DNA from: Leptolyngbyaceae cyanobacterium
Lineage (GTDB): Bacteria; Cyanobacteriota; Cyanobacteriia; Phormidesmidales; Phormidesmidaceae
DNA: 64,000 nucleotides
NCBI GenBank assembly: GCA_050331235.1
Contig: JBHJHA010000010.1
Span: 20,195-84,194 of the forward strand
Direction: 5' to 3'
Positions 39,429-49,514 of the stretch are shown here, piece by piece. The position numbers were made by a program, and so were the translations under genes. Every line of letters starts with the position of its first letter. Position 1 is the first letter of the stretch. Under the pieces are notes generated by a model. The model saw only the letters and a program-made list of their open reading frames with translations, was not told where the DNA came from and ran no database searches.

Positions 39429-39852
39429 AACGCTATCCAGACAGCTTTGTAATAACTCCATAAGTCAACACCCTAACACCAGCAAGACTGCACGGACTCT
39501 AACCACTGGCACAACATTGACTCTTATACTGTAACGCTTCTCGCATTGGCCTTTGCGTAGATTTCCTGAAAGTTTTTGTCGTTCCACTCTGCCTAGCTGC
39601 CCTCACGGCAGGTGGGCAGTTCGGTCCCATCGCTGGTGTCCTCTTCCATGGCGACGGAACAACCAAAATAGATGCTTCGCTGATGGCTTTATCAGCACTG
39701 CTGCAGGTGTCCGCTTGCAGCTCAAGGTCGGTTTATCGGGGGGCAAGGCGATTACGGCCGTGCAACAACGATGGCTGAGCTACGTAGATGGCGGCGAGTA
39801 AATCAAGTATCTTATTTAGACCAGGGATAGATATTTACTATTATCAATAGCA

Positions 39853-40707
39853 ATGCTCAACATTCCACGCAAAGCTTCTATCGTGCTGCTGACTCTGGTT
39901 TCCTGTCTACTGGTCCTCATCACCCCTGTGTTGGCCCAGCGCTCAATTGATTTGGCCAGAGAGCGCTGGTTAAGGGTTCGAGATTTGTCGGGAGAGGTTT
40001 ATTTCTTTACGGAAGATACACGCCAGCTAGCGGCTGCAGGAGATATTTTGGCGATCGCAGGTGATGGCGTCAAGACCGGTAGTGACTCCTCCTGCACCTT
40101 GGAATTTGATATAAATATAGGAACTATAGAGCTACGGGAAAATACTGAACTGATCATCCGTTCATTAGACTATGCCTCCGATGATGGGCGCGTGACCTAT
40201 TTGTCTGTGCCCTACGGAAACGTAATCCTCAACCTACGAAAGTTTACAAATCCGGGGTCAGTCTTAGAAATTGAGACTCCCTCGGGGGTCAGCGGTGTCC
40301 GCGGAACTGAATTTGGCATGATTGTTCATCCAGACAGTCAGTCAACATCAGTGGCGACTCAGTCAGGGGCGGTGTTTGCGGCGGCACAAGGCACCGAAGT
40401 GGATGTCCCGGGCGGATTTCAAACCCTGATTCCCCTGGGCGAGCCACCACTAGAGCCGATTCCCATTCCTGATGTGCCACAGTTTGACTTTCGCATTGAG
40501 CAGCAGCTTCGTGATTATGTCAGGTACACAGTCTTATTCGGCCAAATTGACCCGATCAATCAGGTTTATGTCGAAGATGAGCTACAGGAAGTGACTGACG
40601 CGGGGACGTTTCAATATGAATCGGCAGCTTATCTCGGGGCATCTGTGCAGATCAAAATAGTTACCCCGCTAGGGCAAACAGCCACCTATGACATCCCATT
40701 GCTCTAG
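39853..40707 (+). CDS. Exported FecR-domain protein
   Basis: Signal peptide ending VLAQ; GDGVKTGSDS, IETPSGVSGVRGTEF. Confidence 0.85.
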   Translation: MLNIPRKASIVLLTLVSCLLVLITPVLAQRSIDLARERWLRVRDLSGEVYFFTEDTRQLAAAGDILAIAGDGVKTGSDSSCTLEFDINIGTIELRENTELIIRSLDYASDDGRVTYLSVPYGNVILNLRKFTNPGSVLEIETPSGVSGVRGTEFGMIVHPDSQSTSVATQSGAVFAAAQGTEVDVPGGFQTLIPLGEPPLEPIPIPDVPQFDFRIEQQLRDYVRYTVLFGQIDPINQVYVEDELQEVTDAGTFQYESAAYLGASVQIKIVTPLGQTATYDIPLL

Positions 40708-43678
40708 CAGATATTGGCGACTGTTGCCGGGGGCGGTATCGGCCCTGGCAACTTTCTTTCTCAGTTACGTGGGAGTGCTGTCGCCTTTGGAAAATTCGGT
40801 CTATCAGGGATTGTTTCGCCTGCGCGGCGAACACCCTTGGGACGATCGCATCGTGCTCATCACCGTTAACGACAAAACCTTAGCTGAGCTTAAGCAATAT
40901 CCCCTTTCCCGAGAGCATTACGCAGAGCTCTTGCAGCAGCTTGCTCCATCACAGCCCGCAGCGATCGGCTTCAATATTCTCTTTGTCGAACCTAGCCCTG
41001 CAGACAGTCGGTTTGCGGCGGCGATCGCGGCTGCCGATAATGTAGTGCTGGCAACCGCGGTGGATGCCGAGGGAACTGTATTGCTGCCGGTGAAACCCTT
41101 ACGGCAGGCAGCAAACTCTGGTGGGCACATTCTGCGGAATATCGAGAGCGACGGTTTGGTGCATCAGGTTATGCCGCAACGGGCTCAACATCAGGCCCTG
41201 AGCTTGGCCCTAGCAGAACTGTACGCCGCTAACAGCGGTGACAAAATCGTCATGCCGCTGTCAGCTCAACCGATCCGGCTGAATTGGCCCGGCCAGCAAG
41301 CGGATGTGGAGCAGTATTCCTTGATCGACGTTCTGCAGAACCGGATTCAGCCTTCTGCGTTTGCGGGCAAGATTGTGCTGGTGGGCATGAGCGCAACTGG
41401 CACTGATAGCTTGCCTACCCCCTTTGATCGCAATCCTCCGGCCAGCGGCTTAGCGCTCCATGCGGCTTTGCTGGACAATGTGTTGCAGCAGCGATCGCTA
41501 CGGTCAGCCCCTGAGCAATGGTGGCTGCCGGTATTACTGCTGCTGCCGGGCATTAGTTACTGGCTGTTTGGCCAGCCTTTCTGGCGACAGTGTTTGCTCA
41601 TCATCAGTGGGGGGGTGGGGGGGCTTGTCGCGAGTCTGCTTCTATTTCAAGGATTGTACTGGGTCCCGATTGTTCCTTGGTTGGTGCTCTGGGGGCTGGT
41701 TGGGGTTAGCACTATCCTCAGTCAGCAATTTAGAGCCAAATTAGTGCTCCAGCATTTGCTCGAAGATGTTTGGCAACAGTACCGGCAAGATGCAAATCTG
41801 ACACTCTGGCCGACGCTGCCCCAAAATGTCATTTCCCAAGAATTAGGGCCAATGGTCTACAAGCTGGCGTTTTTGGCCAACTCCTGGGGGTGGGCACAAG
41901 AAACACAAAGTACGATCGCGCAAACCGTCCCCATCGGCTTAGTCGCGGCTGATGATCAAATGCAGATTTGGTTTTGCAACACCCTGGCGATGCAGTGGCT
42001 GCAGCTTGATCTCAAGCAATCCTTGGTGACGGCTTTGACCTCTAATTGGCTTGCCCCCTCTACGTTGCAAGCCCTGTTAAAGCAACTATGGCAAGGAGAA
42101 GTGATTGCTCCCATCGAGTGTCAACAGGGCAATCAGTGGTTTGAGCTTCGGTTTGAGCAATTAGCCGGTGCGGTTCAGTCTCACCAGCTGTGGCAGGATG
42201 AGCGGCAAGGAGTGCTGATGCTGATCGAGGATGTCACCCATCGCAAAGCCGTGGAGCTGGAGCTGAGATTACTCAACCAGCGGCTAGAAGATGAAGTACG
42301 CCAGCGGACAGCCGAGTTGGAGACGACTAACCTCAGCCTGCGGCAGGAAATCTCAGAGCGACGCCAGGCGCAGCAAACCTTGGCATATCGGGCACAGCAT
42401 GACCAGCTGACCGCATTGCCCAATCGATTTCAGCTAGAGACGAGCTTAAAACAGTTGATTGATGAGTTTACGGGTGCCCCCAATACTGGATTTGCGGTCC
42501 TGTTCATTGATTGCGATCGCTTCAAGTTGGTCAATGACTCATTCGGTCATTTAATTGGCGATCAACTGCTCCAGGCGATCGCCCATCGACTCAGTCAGTC
42601 GGTGGCTCACACTGATTTAGTTGCTCGCTTTGGGGGAGATGAATTTGTCATTTTGCTCAAGCAGCTTGCCAACGCCCAAGCAGCGATCGGAGTGGCGCAG
42701 CGTATTCGCAACCAATTACAAAGCCCTTTTTTGATTCAAGGAAAAGTCATTTACACGGGCTGCAGTATCGGGGTAGTCGTTAGCAGCCGGAGCTATCAGC
42801 AGGCAGACGAAATGCTCCGCGATGCTGATATTGCGATGTATCGAGCCAAGCAAAAGGGGAACGACGTTGCCCTGTTTCGGCCAGAAATGCATCTCGCCGT
42901 GCGCTCCTCGCTACAGCTAGAGACAGAATTACGCAGTGCTGTGCTGCAGCAGGACTTGGTGTTGCACTATCAGCCCATATTCAAAATTAGCACCTACCAA
43001 ATTGTGGGATTTGAGGCTCTACTACGCTGGCATCATCCTCAACGTGGCATTGTGAGTCCCGATAAATTTATTCCTCTAGCTGAAGACACGGGCATGATTA
43101 TTCCCATTGGCCGATGGGTGATGCAGGAGGCGTGTCAGCAGCTCAAAACTTGGCAGACCCACGGCTGGCTACCCGACGATGCTTTTATGAGCATCAACTT
43201 GTCCGTTCGGCAATTCAACGGACCTAGCATCCTCGAGCAGGTAGATGAGATTCTGAATGAAACCGGGTTGAAGGGCCAGCATTTGAAACTGGAAATCACG
43301 GAAAGCGTCATAATGGCGGACCTAGAGATGGCGATGAAGACCTTCAAAGCCCTCAAAGACCGGGGAATCTCGCTGGGCATTGATGATTTTGGGACGGGCT
43401 ATTCTTCGCTGAGCTACCTGCACAGCTTTCCCGTTGATACCCTGAAGGTTGATCGCGCCTTCATTCAGCGAATGACCGATAGCCACAAGCATCTCAGCTT
43501 GGTACAGGCGATCAAAACGCTTTCTCAGCAGCTTGAAATGACGATGGTAGCAGAGGGAATCGAAAACGTTTCCCAGTTAGAGCATTTAAAGAATATGCGC
43601 TGTAGCCTGGGACAAGGCTATCTTTTTTGCGCCCCCATGGATAAGCAAGCCCTGGAAGCGCGCTTTGCCTGTGTCTGA
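40688..43678 (+). CDS. CHASE2-PAS-like-GGDEF-EAL c-di-GMP enzyme
   Basis: IVLITVNDKTL, AIGFNILF, GKIVLVG (CHASE2); 3 TM; HDQLTALPNR, ARFGGDEF; GFEALLRW, DDFGTGYSSL. Confidence 0.94.
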   Translation: MTSHCSSRYWRLLPGAVSALATFFLSYVGVLSPLENSVYQGLFRLRGEHPWDDRIVLITVNDKTLAELKQYPLSREHYAELLQQLAPSQPAAIGFNILFVEPSPADSRFAAAIAAADNVVLATAVDAEGTVLLPVKPLRQAANSGGHILRNIESDGLVHQVMPQRAQHQALSLALAELYAANSGDKIVMPLSAQPIRLNWPGQQADVEQYSLIDVLQNRIQPSAFAGKIVLVGMSATGTDSLPTPFDRNPPASGLALHAALLDNVLQQRSLRSAPEQWWLPVLLLLPGISYWLFGQPFWRQCLLIISGGVGGLVASLLLFQGLYWVPIVPWLVLWGLVGVSTILSQQFRAKLVLQHLLEDVWQQYRQDANLTLWPTLPQNVISQELGPMVYKLAFLANSWGWAQETQSTIAQTVPIGLVAADDQMQIWFCNTLAMQWLQLDLKQSLVTALTSNWLAPSTLQALLKQLWQGEVIAPIECQQGNQWFELRFEQLAGAVQSHQLWQDERQGVLMLIEDVTHRKAVELELRLLNQRLEDEVRQRTAELETTNLSLRQEISERRQAQQTLAYRAQHDQLTALPNRFQLETSLKQLIDEFTGAPNTGFAVLFIDCDRFKLVNDSFGHLIGDQLLQAIAHRLSQSVAHTDLVARFGGDEFVILLKQLANAQAAIGVAQRIRNQLQSPFLIQGKVIYTGCSIGVVVSSRSYQQADEMLRDADIAMYRAKQKGNDVALFRPEMHLAVRSSLQLETELRSAVLQQDLVLHYQPIFKISTYQIVGFEALLRWHHPQRGIVSPDKFIPLAEDTGMIIPIGRWVMQEACQQLKTWQTHGWLPDDAFMSINLSVRQFNGPSILEQVDEILNETGLKGQHLKLEITESVIMADLEMAMKTFKALKDRGISLGIDDFGTGYSSLSYLHSFPVDTLKVDRAFIQRMTDSHKHLSLVQAIKTLSQQLEMTMVAEGIENVSQLEHLKNMRCSLGQGYLFCAPMDKQALEARFACV

Positions 43679-43906
43679 TGCCCGGTGAGGCTTGATGTCG
43701 ACCATCCTCTGATTGCCCCTAGCTATTGGGCAAAGTCTAAAAGTGCCAACTTACCCAGGGACGGCGACGGCTAAGTGCAGCCTCCAGCAAAAAGGGCTAA
43801 TCATGCCTTTTCTTTCACAGTATGAATCTACCGAATGAATCGGCCCTACTCTGAGCAGAAGAGAGGGTCACTGGTCTATCCAAAAACCTGATCCCCAACT
43901 CAGATG

Positions 43907-43944
43907 AAAAAGGCAACCAAAGTCCAGGGCTTGAACTTTGGTTG
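43907..43944 (-). terminator. Probable terminator after the PRK-like gene
   Basis: CAACCAAAGT...ACTTTGGTTG stem with T5 tail on the minus strand. Confidence 0.65.
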
Positions 43945-44051
43945 TGAGCTTGGAATTCCATTTTGAGGCTAGCGGTTTTGATCAATTAAATCGCTATGCA
44001 CAACAGAAAGTGATGTCCATATCCACTGTCTAGCCCAAGCGCGTCAATTCA

Positions 44052-45008
44052 TCAGGCAGCCAGCTGCTTAGTCACCTTGTCCGCTTTCAGCATGTGATAG
44101 GTAATCAAGAGTTGGGTCAAGGCCAGCGGGTAGCTTTGCAGCGTTTCCCCAGTGGTGCCGACTAATTTGCCAATTTCTTGATTGCCTTCAATACTGCAAA
44201 ATTGACCTAGGTAGGGAACCTCACTACAGAGAATGCGTTCTAGCTCTTGCACTTGCTCTTCGGTGGCGCGCCCGTCAATTTCGAGAACATCCACTGGCTT
44301 GCCCATGTCGCGATCTAAGACCAACCGGATCGAGTCACCGAGATGATTACCCGTGTCATCCAAAATATGGGTGAAATCGGGGTGAGGAATGGTCGGACGC
44401 AGCACTAGCTTGACATTCAGCAACAGGTCATCGGTACCGCCGTTGCCATCTGCTGGCGGATAAAAGCTCACAATGACGTCAGACCATTGCCGTTGGGGGC
44501 GGATGAAAGCTTCGGAATCAGGTTCTCGAGCTTTGAGCTGATCTAACACCTGGTCCTCGGTGTAGCCTCGTTTGCGGGTGTCGCGCTTGACTTTCCAAGT
44601 AGCGCGCACATCTTCGGGGGGCGCAAGGTAAACCATAACGTCGTAGCAGTCGCGGGCAGCTGCAGTAGAGTAGCCCAACAATCCCTCGACGATGACAAAC
44701 TTACTTGGCTGAATGTACTCGGGAGGATCAAACTCGCCGGTGCTGTGGTTATAGATCGGCTTGAGAATAGACTTACCGGCTCTCAAGAGCTGGAGGTGTT
44801 GCTCAATGATGTCGAGATAATTGCAGTCTGGGTGCAGTGCTGAGATCCCCATCTCTTTCCGCTGTTTGCGATCGTAGCGATGGTAATCGTCCGTACAAAT
44901 GGCGGTAACTTGATCTTCCCCTAAAATTTGCGCGATGCCGCGAGTGAGGGTGGTTTTACCCGCTGCGCTGTCGCCCACAATCCCCAGAATAATTGGACGA
45001 TTAGGCAT
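44052..45008 (-). CDS. Phosphoribulokinase-family protein (non-canonical paralogue)
   Basis: IILGIVGDSAAGKTT, ICTDDYHRYDR, KPIYNHSTG, WKVKRDT, FIRPQR. Confidence 0.88.
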   Translation of the reverse strand: MPNRPIILGIVGDSAAGKTTLTRGIAQILGEDQVTAICTDDYHRYDRKQRKEMGISALHPDCNYLDIIEQHLQLLRAGKSILKPIYNHSTGEFDPPEYIQPSKFVIVEGLLGYSTAAARDCYDVMVYLAPPEDVRATWKVKRDTRKRGYTEDQVLDQLKAREPDSEAFIRPQRQWSDVIVSFYPPADGNGGTDDLLLNVKLVLRPTIPHPDFTHILDDTGNHLGDSIRLVLDRDMGKPVDVLEIDGRATEEQVQELERILCSEVPYLGQFCSIEGNQEIGKLVGTTGETLQSYPLALTQLLITYHMLKADKVTKQLAA

Positions 45009-45364
45009 AATTCCTCCTGACCAAACTGCGTATTTTTGCTTATTCACCAATCGTTCCAATTGTAGGGATCAATGGTTATCTACTCAAGATACTTATTGAT
45101 GGGGTCTTCGGAAATTAGTTATTGCAATGATGTCAAGTTACCTGTGTCGCCTCCGGCTGATGGGCGATCGCGATTCCTCGTTGGGTGCAGCTCTGGGCGG
45201 AGTCCTGTCCGCAGATCAAACGATTGTCAGCCGTTAACATTGATGGGGCAAGCTTTCCGGTAGATTGAGAGCAGTTATCGCTCAGGTTCAGTGCTCAATT
45301 TAGTCCGGATCGCCGCGATCGCCGTTGTCGTGTCTACCCTGTCAGCAAGTAGCGAGTCATCACC

Positions 45365-46456
45365 ATGAAAATTGGTTTACCTAGGGAGATCAAAGATCAA
45401 GAATTTCGGGTTGGGCTGACTCCCGCCAGCGTGAAAGCGCTTTGCCGCCAAGGTCACGACGTATTTGTGGAGCAGGGAGCGGGCACCGGAGCAGGCTTTA
45501 CGGATAAAGAATACGAGGGGGTGGGGGCCAAAATTGTGCCTGACCGGGCGATCGCGTGGTCCCAAGAAATGATCGTTAAAGTCAAGGAGCCACAGCCGGC
45601 AGAGTATCAATACTTTCGGCCAGACCTGGTCTTATTTACCTATCTGCACTTGGCCGACGAACGCACCCTCACCGAGGCTCTGATGAAAAGCGGGGTCGAG
45701 GCGATCGCCTACGAAACTATCATGACTGCCGACGGTAAGCTACCGTTGTTGACGCCGATGAGCATTATTGCTGGGCGGCTCTCCGTGCAGTTTGGCGCTC
45801 GCTATCTAGAAAAACAGCAAGGGGGACGGGGCGTTTTACTCGGTGGGGTGCCCGGTGTGCAGTCTGGACAGGTCACCATTCTCGGGGGCGGTATCGTCGG
45901 CACTGAGGCTGCCCGCATTGCAGTGGGCATGGGGGCTCAAGTGCAAATTTTAGATATTAGTGTTGATCGCCTGTCCTATTTAGAGACCCTATTTGACTCA
46001 CGGGTGGAGCTACTCTACAGCACCGCAGCCCAGATTGAACGCGTCGTCCCAGCAGCGGACTTGCTAATCGGTGCGGTGCTCGTTCCTGGCCACAAGGCTC
46101 CGACGCTAGTAGATGAGACCCTTGTAGCTAAAATGCGCCCCGGCTCAGTCATCATTGATGTTGCCGTCGATCAGGGCGGCTGCATCGCCACCTTGCGCCC
46201 GACTTCCCACAGTCAACCCACCTATGTCGAATCGGGTGTTTTACATTTTGGCGTTCCTAATATGCCTGGGGCTACCCCGTGGACAGCCACCCAAGCGCTA
46301 AACAACAGCACCCTGCCCTACGTGCTGAGACTCGCTAATCAAGGATTGGCTGCCCTTGAGCAGGACGCAGCCTTTGCCCAAGGGCTAAATGTGAGCGAGG
46401 GCAAAATTGTGTATCCGGCTGTGCAGAAAGCTTTTCCTGAATTAGTTCCGGCCTGA
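45365..46456 (+). CDS. ald: Alanine dehydrogenase
   Basis: [48 protein letters not shown]. Confidence 0.97.
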   Translation: MKIGLPREIKDQEFRVGLTPASVKALCRQGHDVFVEQGAGTGAGFTDKEYEGVGAKIVPDRAIAWSQEMIVKVKEPQPAEYQYFRPDLVLFTYLHLADERTLTEALMKSGVEAIAYETIMTADGKLPLLTPMSIIAGRLSVQFGARYLEKQQGGRGVLLGGVPGVQSGQVTILGGGIVGTEAARIAVGMGAQVQILDISVDRLSYLETLFDSRVELLYSTAAQIERVVPAADLLIGAVLVPGHKAPTLVDETLVAKMRPGSVIIDVAVDQGGCIATLRPTSHSQPTYVESGVLHFGVPNMPGATPWTATQALNNSTLPYVLRLANQGLAALEQDAAFAQGLNVSEGKIVYPAVQKAFPELVPA

Positions 46457-46858
46457 GGCATTGTGCGCGGTTGTCACCGCCTCAGGAGATGGGGCAATCT
46501 GCGATAGCTCGATAATGTTGCCATCCGGGTCTTGAGTAAAGAGGGCCGCTCGTCCTGAAGTGCTCATCTGTACGGAGGAGTTGTGCGCTAATAAACGCTG
46601 CTTGATTGGTGCCAACTCCGTCACCTGAAAGGCGACATGGGGGTTGCGACCCCACTTTTCGGGACGTGGACAGGGTGCCTGCCACGTTTCCAACTCCATC
46701 AGGTGGAGCTGAAAGTCGCCCACTTGGAACCAGAGCCCTGGAAAGCTCAGCGATCGCGCCGCGATCGGTAGCTGTAGGACATCGCCGTAGAACCTCTGAG
46801 CACGTGCCAAATCACTCACCAAAATAGCGACATGGAGAGACTTTATAATTGAAGACAC
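46442..46858 (-). CDS. VOC/glyoxalase family protein
   Basis: LHVAILVSD..RA..FY, HVAF, FTQDPDGNIIEL. Confidence 0.9.
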   Translation of the reverse strand: MSSIIKSLHVAILVSDLARAQRFYGDVLQLPIAARSLSFPGLWFQVGDFQLHLMELETWQAPCPRPEKWGRNPHVAFQVTELAPIKQRLLAHNSSVQMSTSGRAALFTQDPDGNIIELSQIAPSPEAVTTAHNASGRN

Positions 46859-47026
46859 TGGCGATCGCTCCCTTGCTGGTGGCTAAACCCGTAACGTTAG
46901 CACAGCCGTCACCATGGCATAGGTAAACTGTGCTTGCTAGGGGTGTCGATAAAAACTAACTCACCGGTCCATCCATGCCAAGCGATGGCTGAGAGCCGAT
47001 GATGAAATCAGATTTGAATCCATTCT

Positions 47027-47632
47027 ATGAAGGATTATCTGGACAATACATCGGTCATCAACTGGCAGCATCCAGCCATCAGGCAACTGGCAGCTAACCT
47101 GGCCCAAGGCCAAAACACCCCAACCGCTATCGCACAGCGATGCTTTGTCTGGGTTCGCGATGAGGTCAAACATAGTGCCGATTATCAACTGAATCCGGTT
47201 ACGTGGCGGGCCTCTGACGTGCTGCACCATCGCACGGGATATTGCTTTGCCAAAAGCCATCTTTTGGCAGCTCTACTCAGGGCTCATCAGATTCCAGCAG
47301 GGTTTTGTTATCAGCGGCTCAGCATCAACGACGATGGTGCTCCTTATAGCCTCCACGGTTTTAACGCCGTTCATCTGGCTCCCTGGGGCTGGTATCGCCT
47401 TGACTGCCGAGGCAACAAACCGAGGGTTGAGGCACAATTCTCACCCCCCCATGAGCAGCTCGCTTACTCAACAATACTCCCCGGAGAGATGGATTTCAAA
47501 ACAGTCTTAGCTGAGCCTCTGACGATGGTTGTGCAGGCATTACAGGCATATTCAGATTGGAAGGTAGTGCGGCAACAGCTACCCGATATCACCCCAGCGA
47601 TGGCTAGCCAACTCGGACTCGAGATCGTCTGA
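47027..47632 (+). CDS. Transglutaminase-like protein
   Basis: GYCFAKSHLLAALLRA..IPA, LHGFN, WYRLDCRG (C-H-D). Confidence 0.88.
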   Translation: MKDYLDNTSVINWQHPAIRQLAANLAQGQNTPTAIAQRCFVWVRDEVKHSADYQLNPVTWRASDVLHHRTGYCFAKSHLLAALLRAHQIPAGFCYQRLSINDDGAPYSLHGFNAVHLAPWGWYRLDCRGNKPRVEAQFSPPHEQLAYSTILPGEMDFKTVLAEPLTMVVQALQAYSDWKVVRQQLPDITPAMASQLGLEIV

Positions 47633-47905
47633 TGAGACTGAGCCGGTCACTTAACAACAGCAATGATCGCATCCTTCCCAGGCTGACGATTATTGTCAGC
47701 AGTTAGCATCAATTTTTAGGTAAGTGCTAGCGTAGCCACCGGTTGCGTAATCTTTTGAAGGGTAGAAGGGAAAAATAGCCTGCCTCGCAGAGCGATCGCC
47801 ATCAGCCCTTAGAACCCTAAACCTGTCGAACAATTTTCAACGGAGTAAACCCCTTGCCTTCAAACAGATACAGCTGTTAAGGCGAGAGGGCATTGCGACC
47901 CCAGA

Positions 47906-47931
47906 AAATGTGTCACAGGTTTGACACATTT
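47906..47931. promoter_or_regulatory. Candidate transcription-factor operator (perfect inverted repeat)
   Basis: AAATGTGTCA-N6-TGACACATTT in the AT-rich region about 200 bp upstream of the 48126 gene. Confidence 0.45.
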
Positions 47932-48125
47932 CTTAAATACACTGCTGATTCAAGGAATTTTAGTTTTTTACATAGATAATTTGTCCCCTTTATGAAAAGT
48001 TTTGACAAAATAGAGGTCTAACTTTCCCTCAGTAGAGTTTGGTTATAATCAAAACCAAGAAAATAGCCAAGCCATGGTTTCTCATATCTTCAAAAGGGGA
48101 TTGCGCAGTTAGTCAGGGCATCTAC

Positions 48126-48905
48126 ATGCATCGGATTCTGGTCATTGCAGAAAACTCATTTCAGCAGGAAAAAATTCGCTCTATTCTCGAGTTAGATGAG
48201 TCAGTACAGCTGATTAAAGCCACCCTTCGTCAAGCCAGTAGAAGGAGCTTAAAAGCTCTACAACAAGCCGACCTCATTGTGCTAGAAAATACCCGTGAGC
48301 GATCCGCTTCAGGTGTGACTGAACGGCTTTTAGCGGCATTGAAAAAGTCAGAACTGCCCATTGTCTTGCTTCCTGTAGAAGATCGCGGACAGTTTGTCGG
48401 TGGTGAAACCTTAGTGCTCAATCTAACTGAGCACAGCATTGCAAAACCTGGCTTAGCCGCTCTGATCAATCGCATTCGCGAGCGGTCAACCAATAAAACT
48501 CCACACTATCCGCAGCCCATCTCCCAATCGGCACCGGCACCAAGTTTGCTGCCATTGGCAAAGGAGCCTATCCCAAATGATGACTACGGCCAGGAGGAAC
48601 TTTTCGACTTAGAGGCTGACCTGGCTGACTCCAATGCTTTGATGATCTCAGAGTCTTCTGATGCCGATGCAGGAATAAACCTTCCCTCTAAAATGGTTTC
48701 GGCCATTGTTGAAGTGGGCCAGGTTACTAAGCGACTGAAGGAACCCCTCTCCAACATGAATTTGGCTATCCATATGTTGAGTCGGGTCCGTTCGACCGAT
48801 GAGCGCGATCGCTACGTCAAACTTTTGAAAGAGGAATATTATCGAGAGCTACACTTGATAAATGAACTGGATGACCTTTATAACAGCTTGGCAACCCTGC
48901 TATGA
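48126..48905 (+). CDS. Pseudo-receiver protein with C-terminal HisKA-like helix
   Basis: HRILVIAEN...ADLIVLEN...LPIVLL receiver-like pattern; KRLKEPLSNMNLAIHML...DRYVKLLKEE..RE..LINEL HisKA-like pattern. Confidence 0.65.
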   Translation: MHRILVIAENSFQQEKIRSILELDESVQLIKATLRQASRRSLKALQQADLIVLENTRERSASGVTERLLAALKKSELPIVLLPVEDRGQFVGGETLVLNLTEHSIAKPGLAALINRIRERSTNKTPHYPQPISQSAPAPSLLPLAKEPIPNDDYGQEELFDLEADLADSNALMISESSDADAGINLPSKMVSAIVEVGQVTKRLKEPLSNMNLAIHMLSRVRSTDERDRYVKLLKEEYYRELHLINELDDLYNSLATLL

Positions 48906-49514
48906 GCAAGCTGACAATCTTTCTATGGCTTTTCGCCAAGCCTGGGGCAACTCCAAAAACGTTATAGCTAGGCGCTATTTCCAATATCAATTAAGAGATA
49001 CTGCGGTCGCTGTTGACAACGGGTCACACGCCGAGCGCCGCTTATCTTTCCCTGAGTGCTTCCAGCTTTGCCGCTCGATCTCTCAAAGGGGGCTTGACAT
49101 TAGCCTTTACCAGTAGCTGTAGGCAGTAAATCTCATCCATTTTTTGAACGGATCTTACGTTTTTTCAACTCTCTTTGGCATCGAATGCAAAGAGAATTCC
49201 CTATCGTTAAGCTTAAAATCGTCAATCCTCATACCTTGCCTTGCCGGTATTGGGATGACTCAACTAGCAAACCTGGTGACGATGTCTGGCTAGAACAGTC
49301 GTTGACTTTACGATTGGCAGTCAAGCCTTTTGGTATCCCAAAACCGATGCTCACCACTTTGCTACATAGCGCGGTCTCAGCCTATCTATTTCCTGATGAC
49401 GAGGTCAGACGTGCCCCCGAGCGATCGCGGTGACGTTGTTCTCAATGCGCCAATGGCTGCGCTCAGCCCGCCGAGTCCACAAAAACCTAAATTTACGAGT
49501 TCAAGATTGCCCCT

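Noticed and set aside
39553..39801. Intergenic ORFs here and at 21499-21860, 49185-49518 and 63575-63948, plus many short antisense ORFs
   Set aside because: No motifs, weak starts, or shadows of well-supported genes
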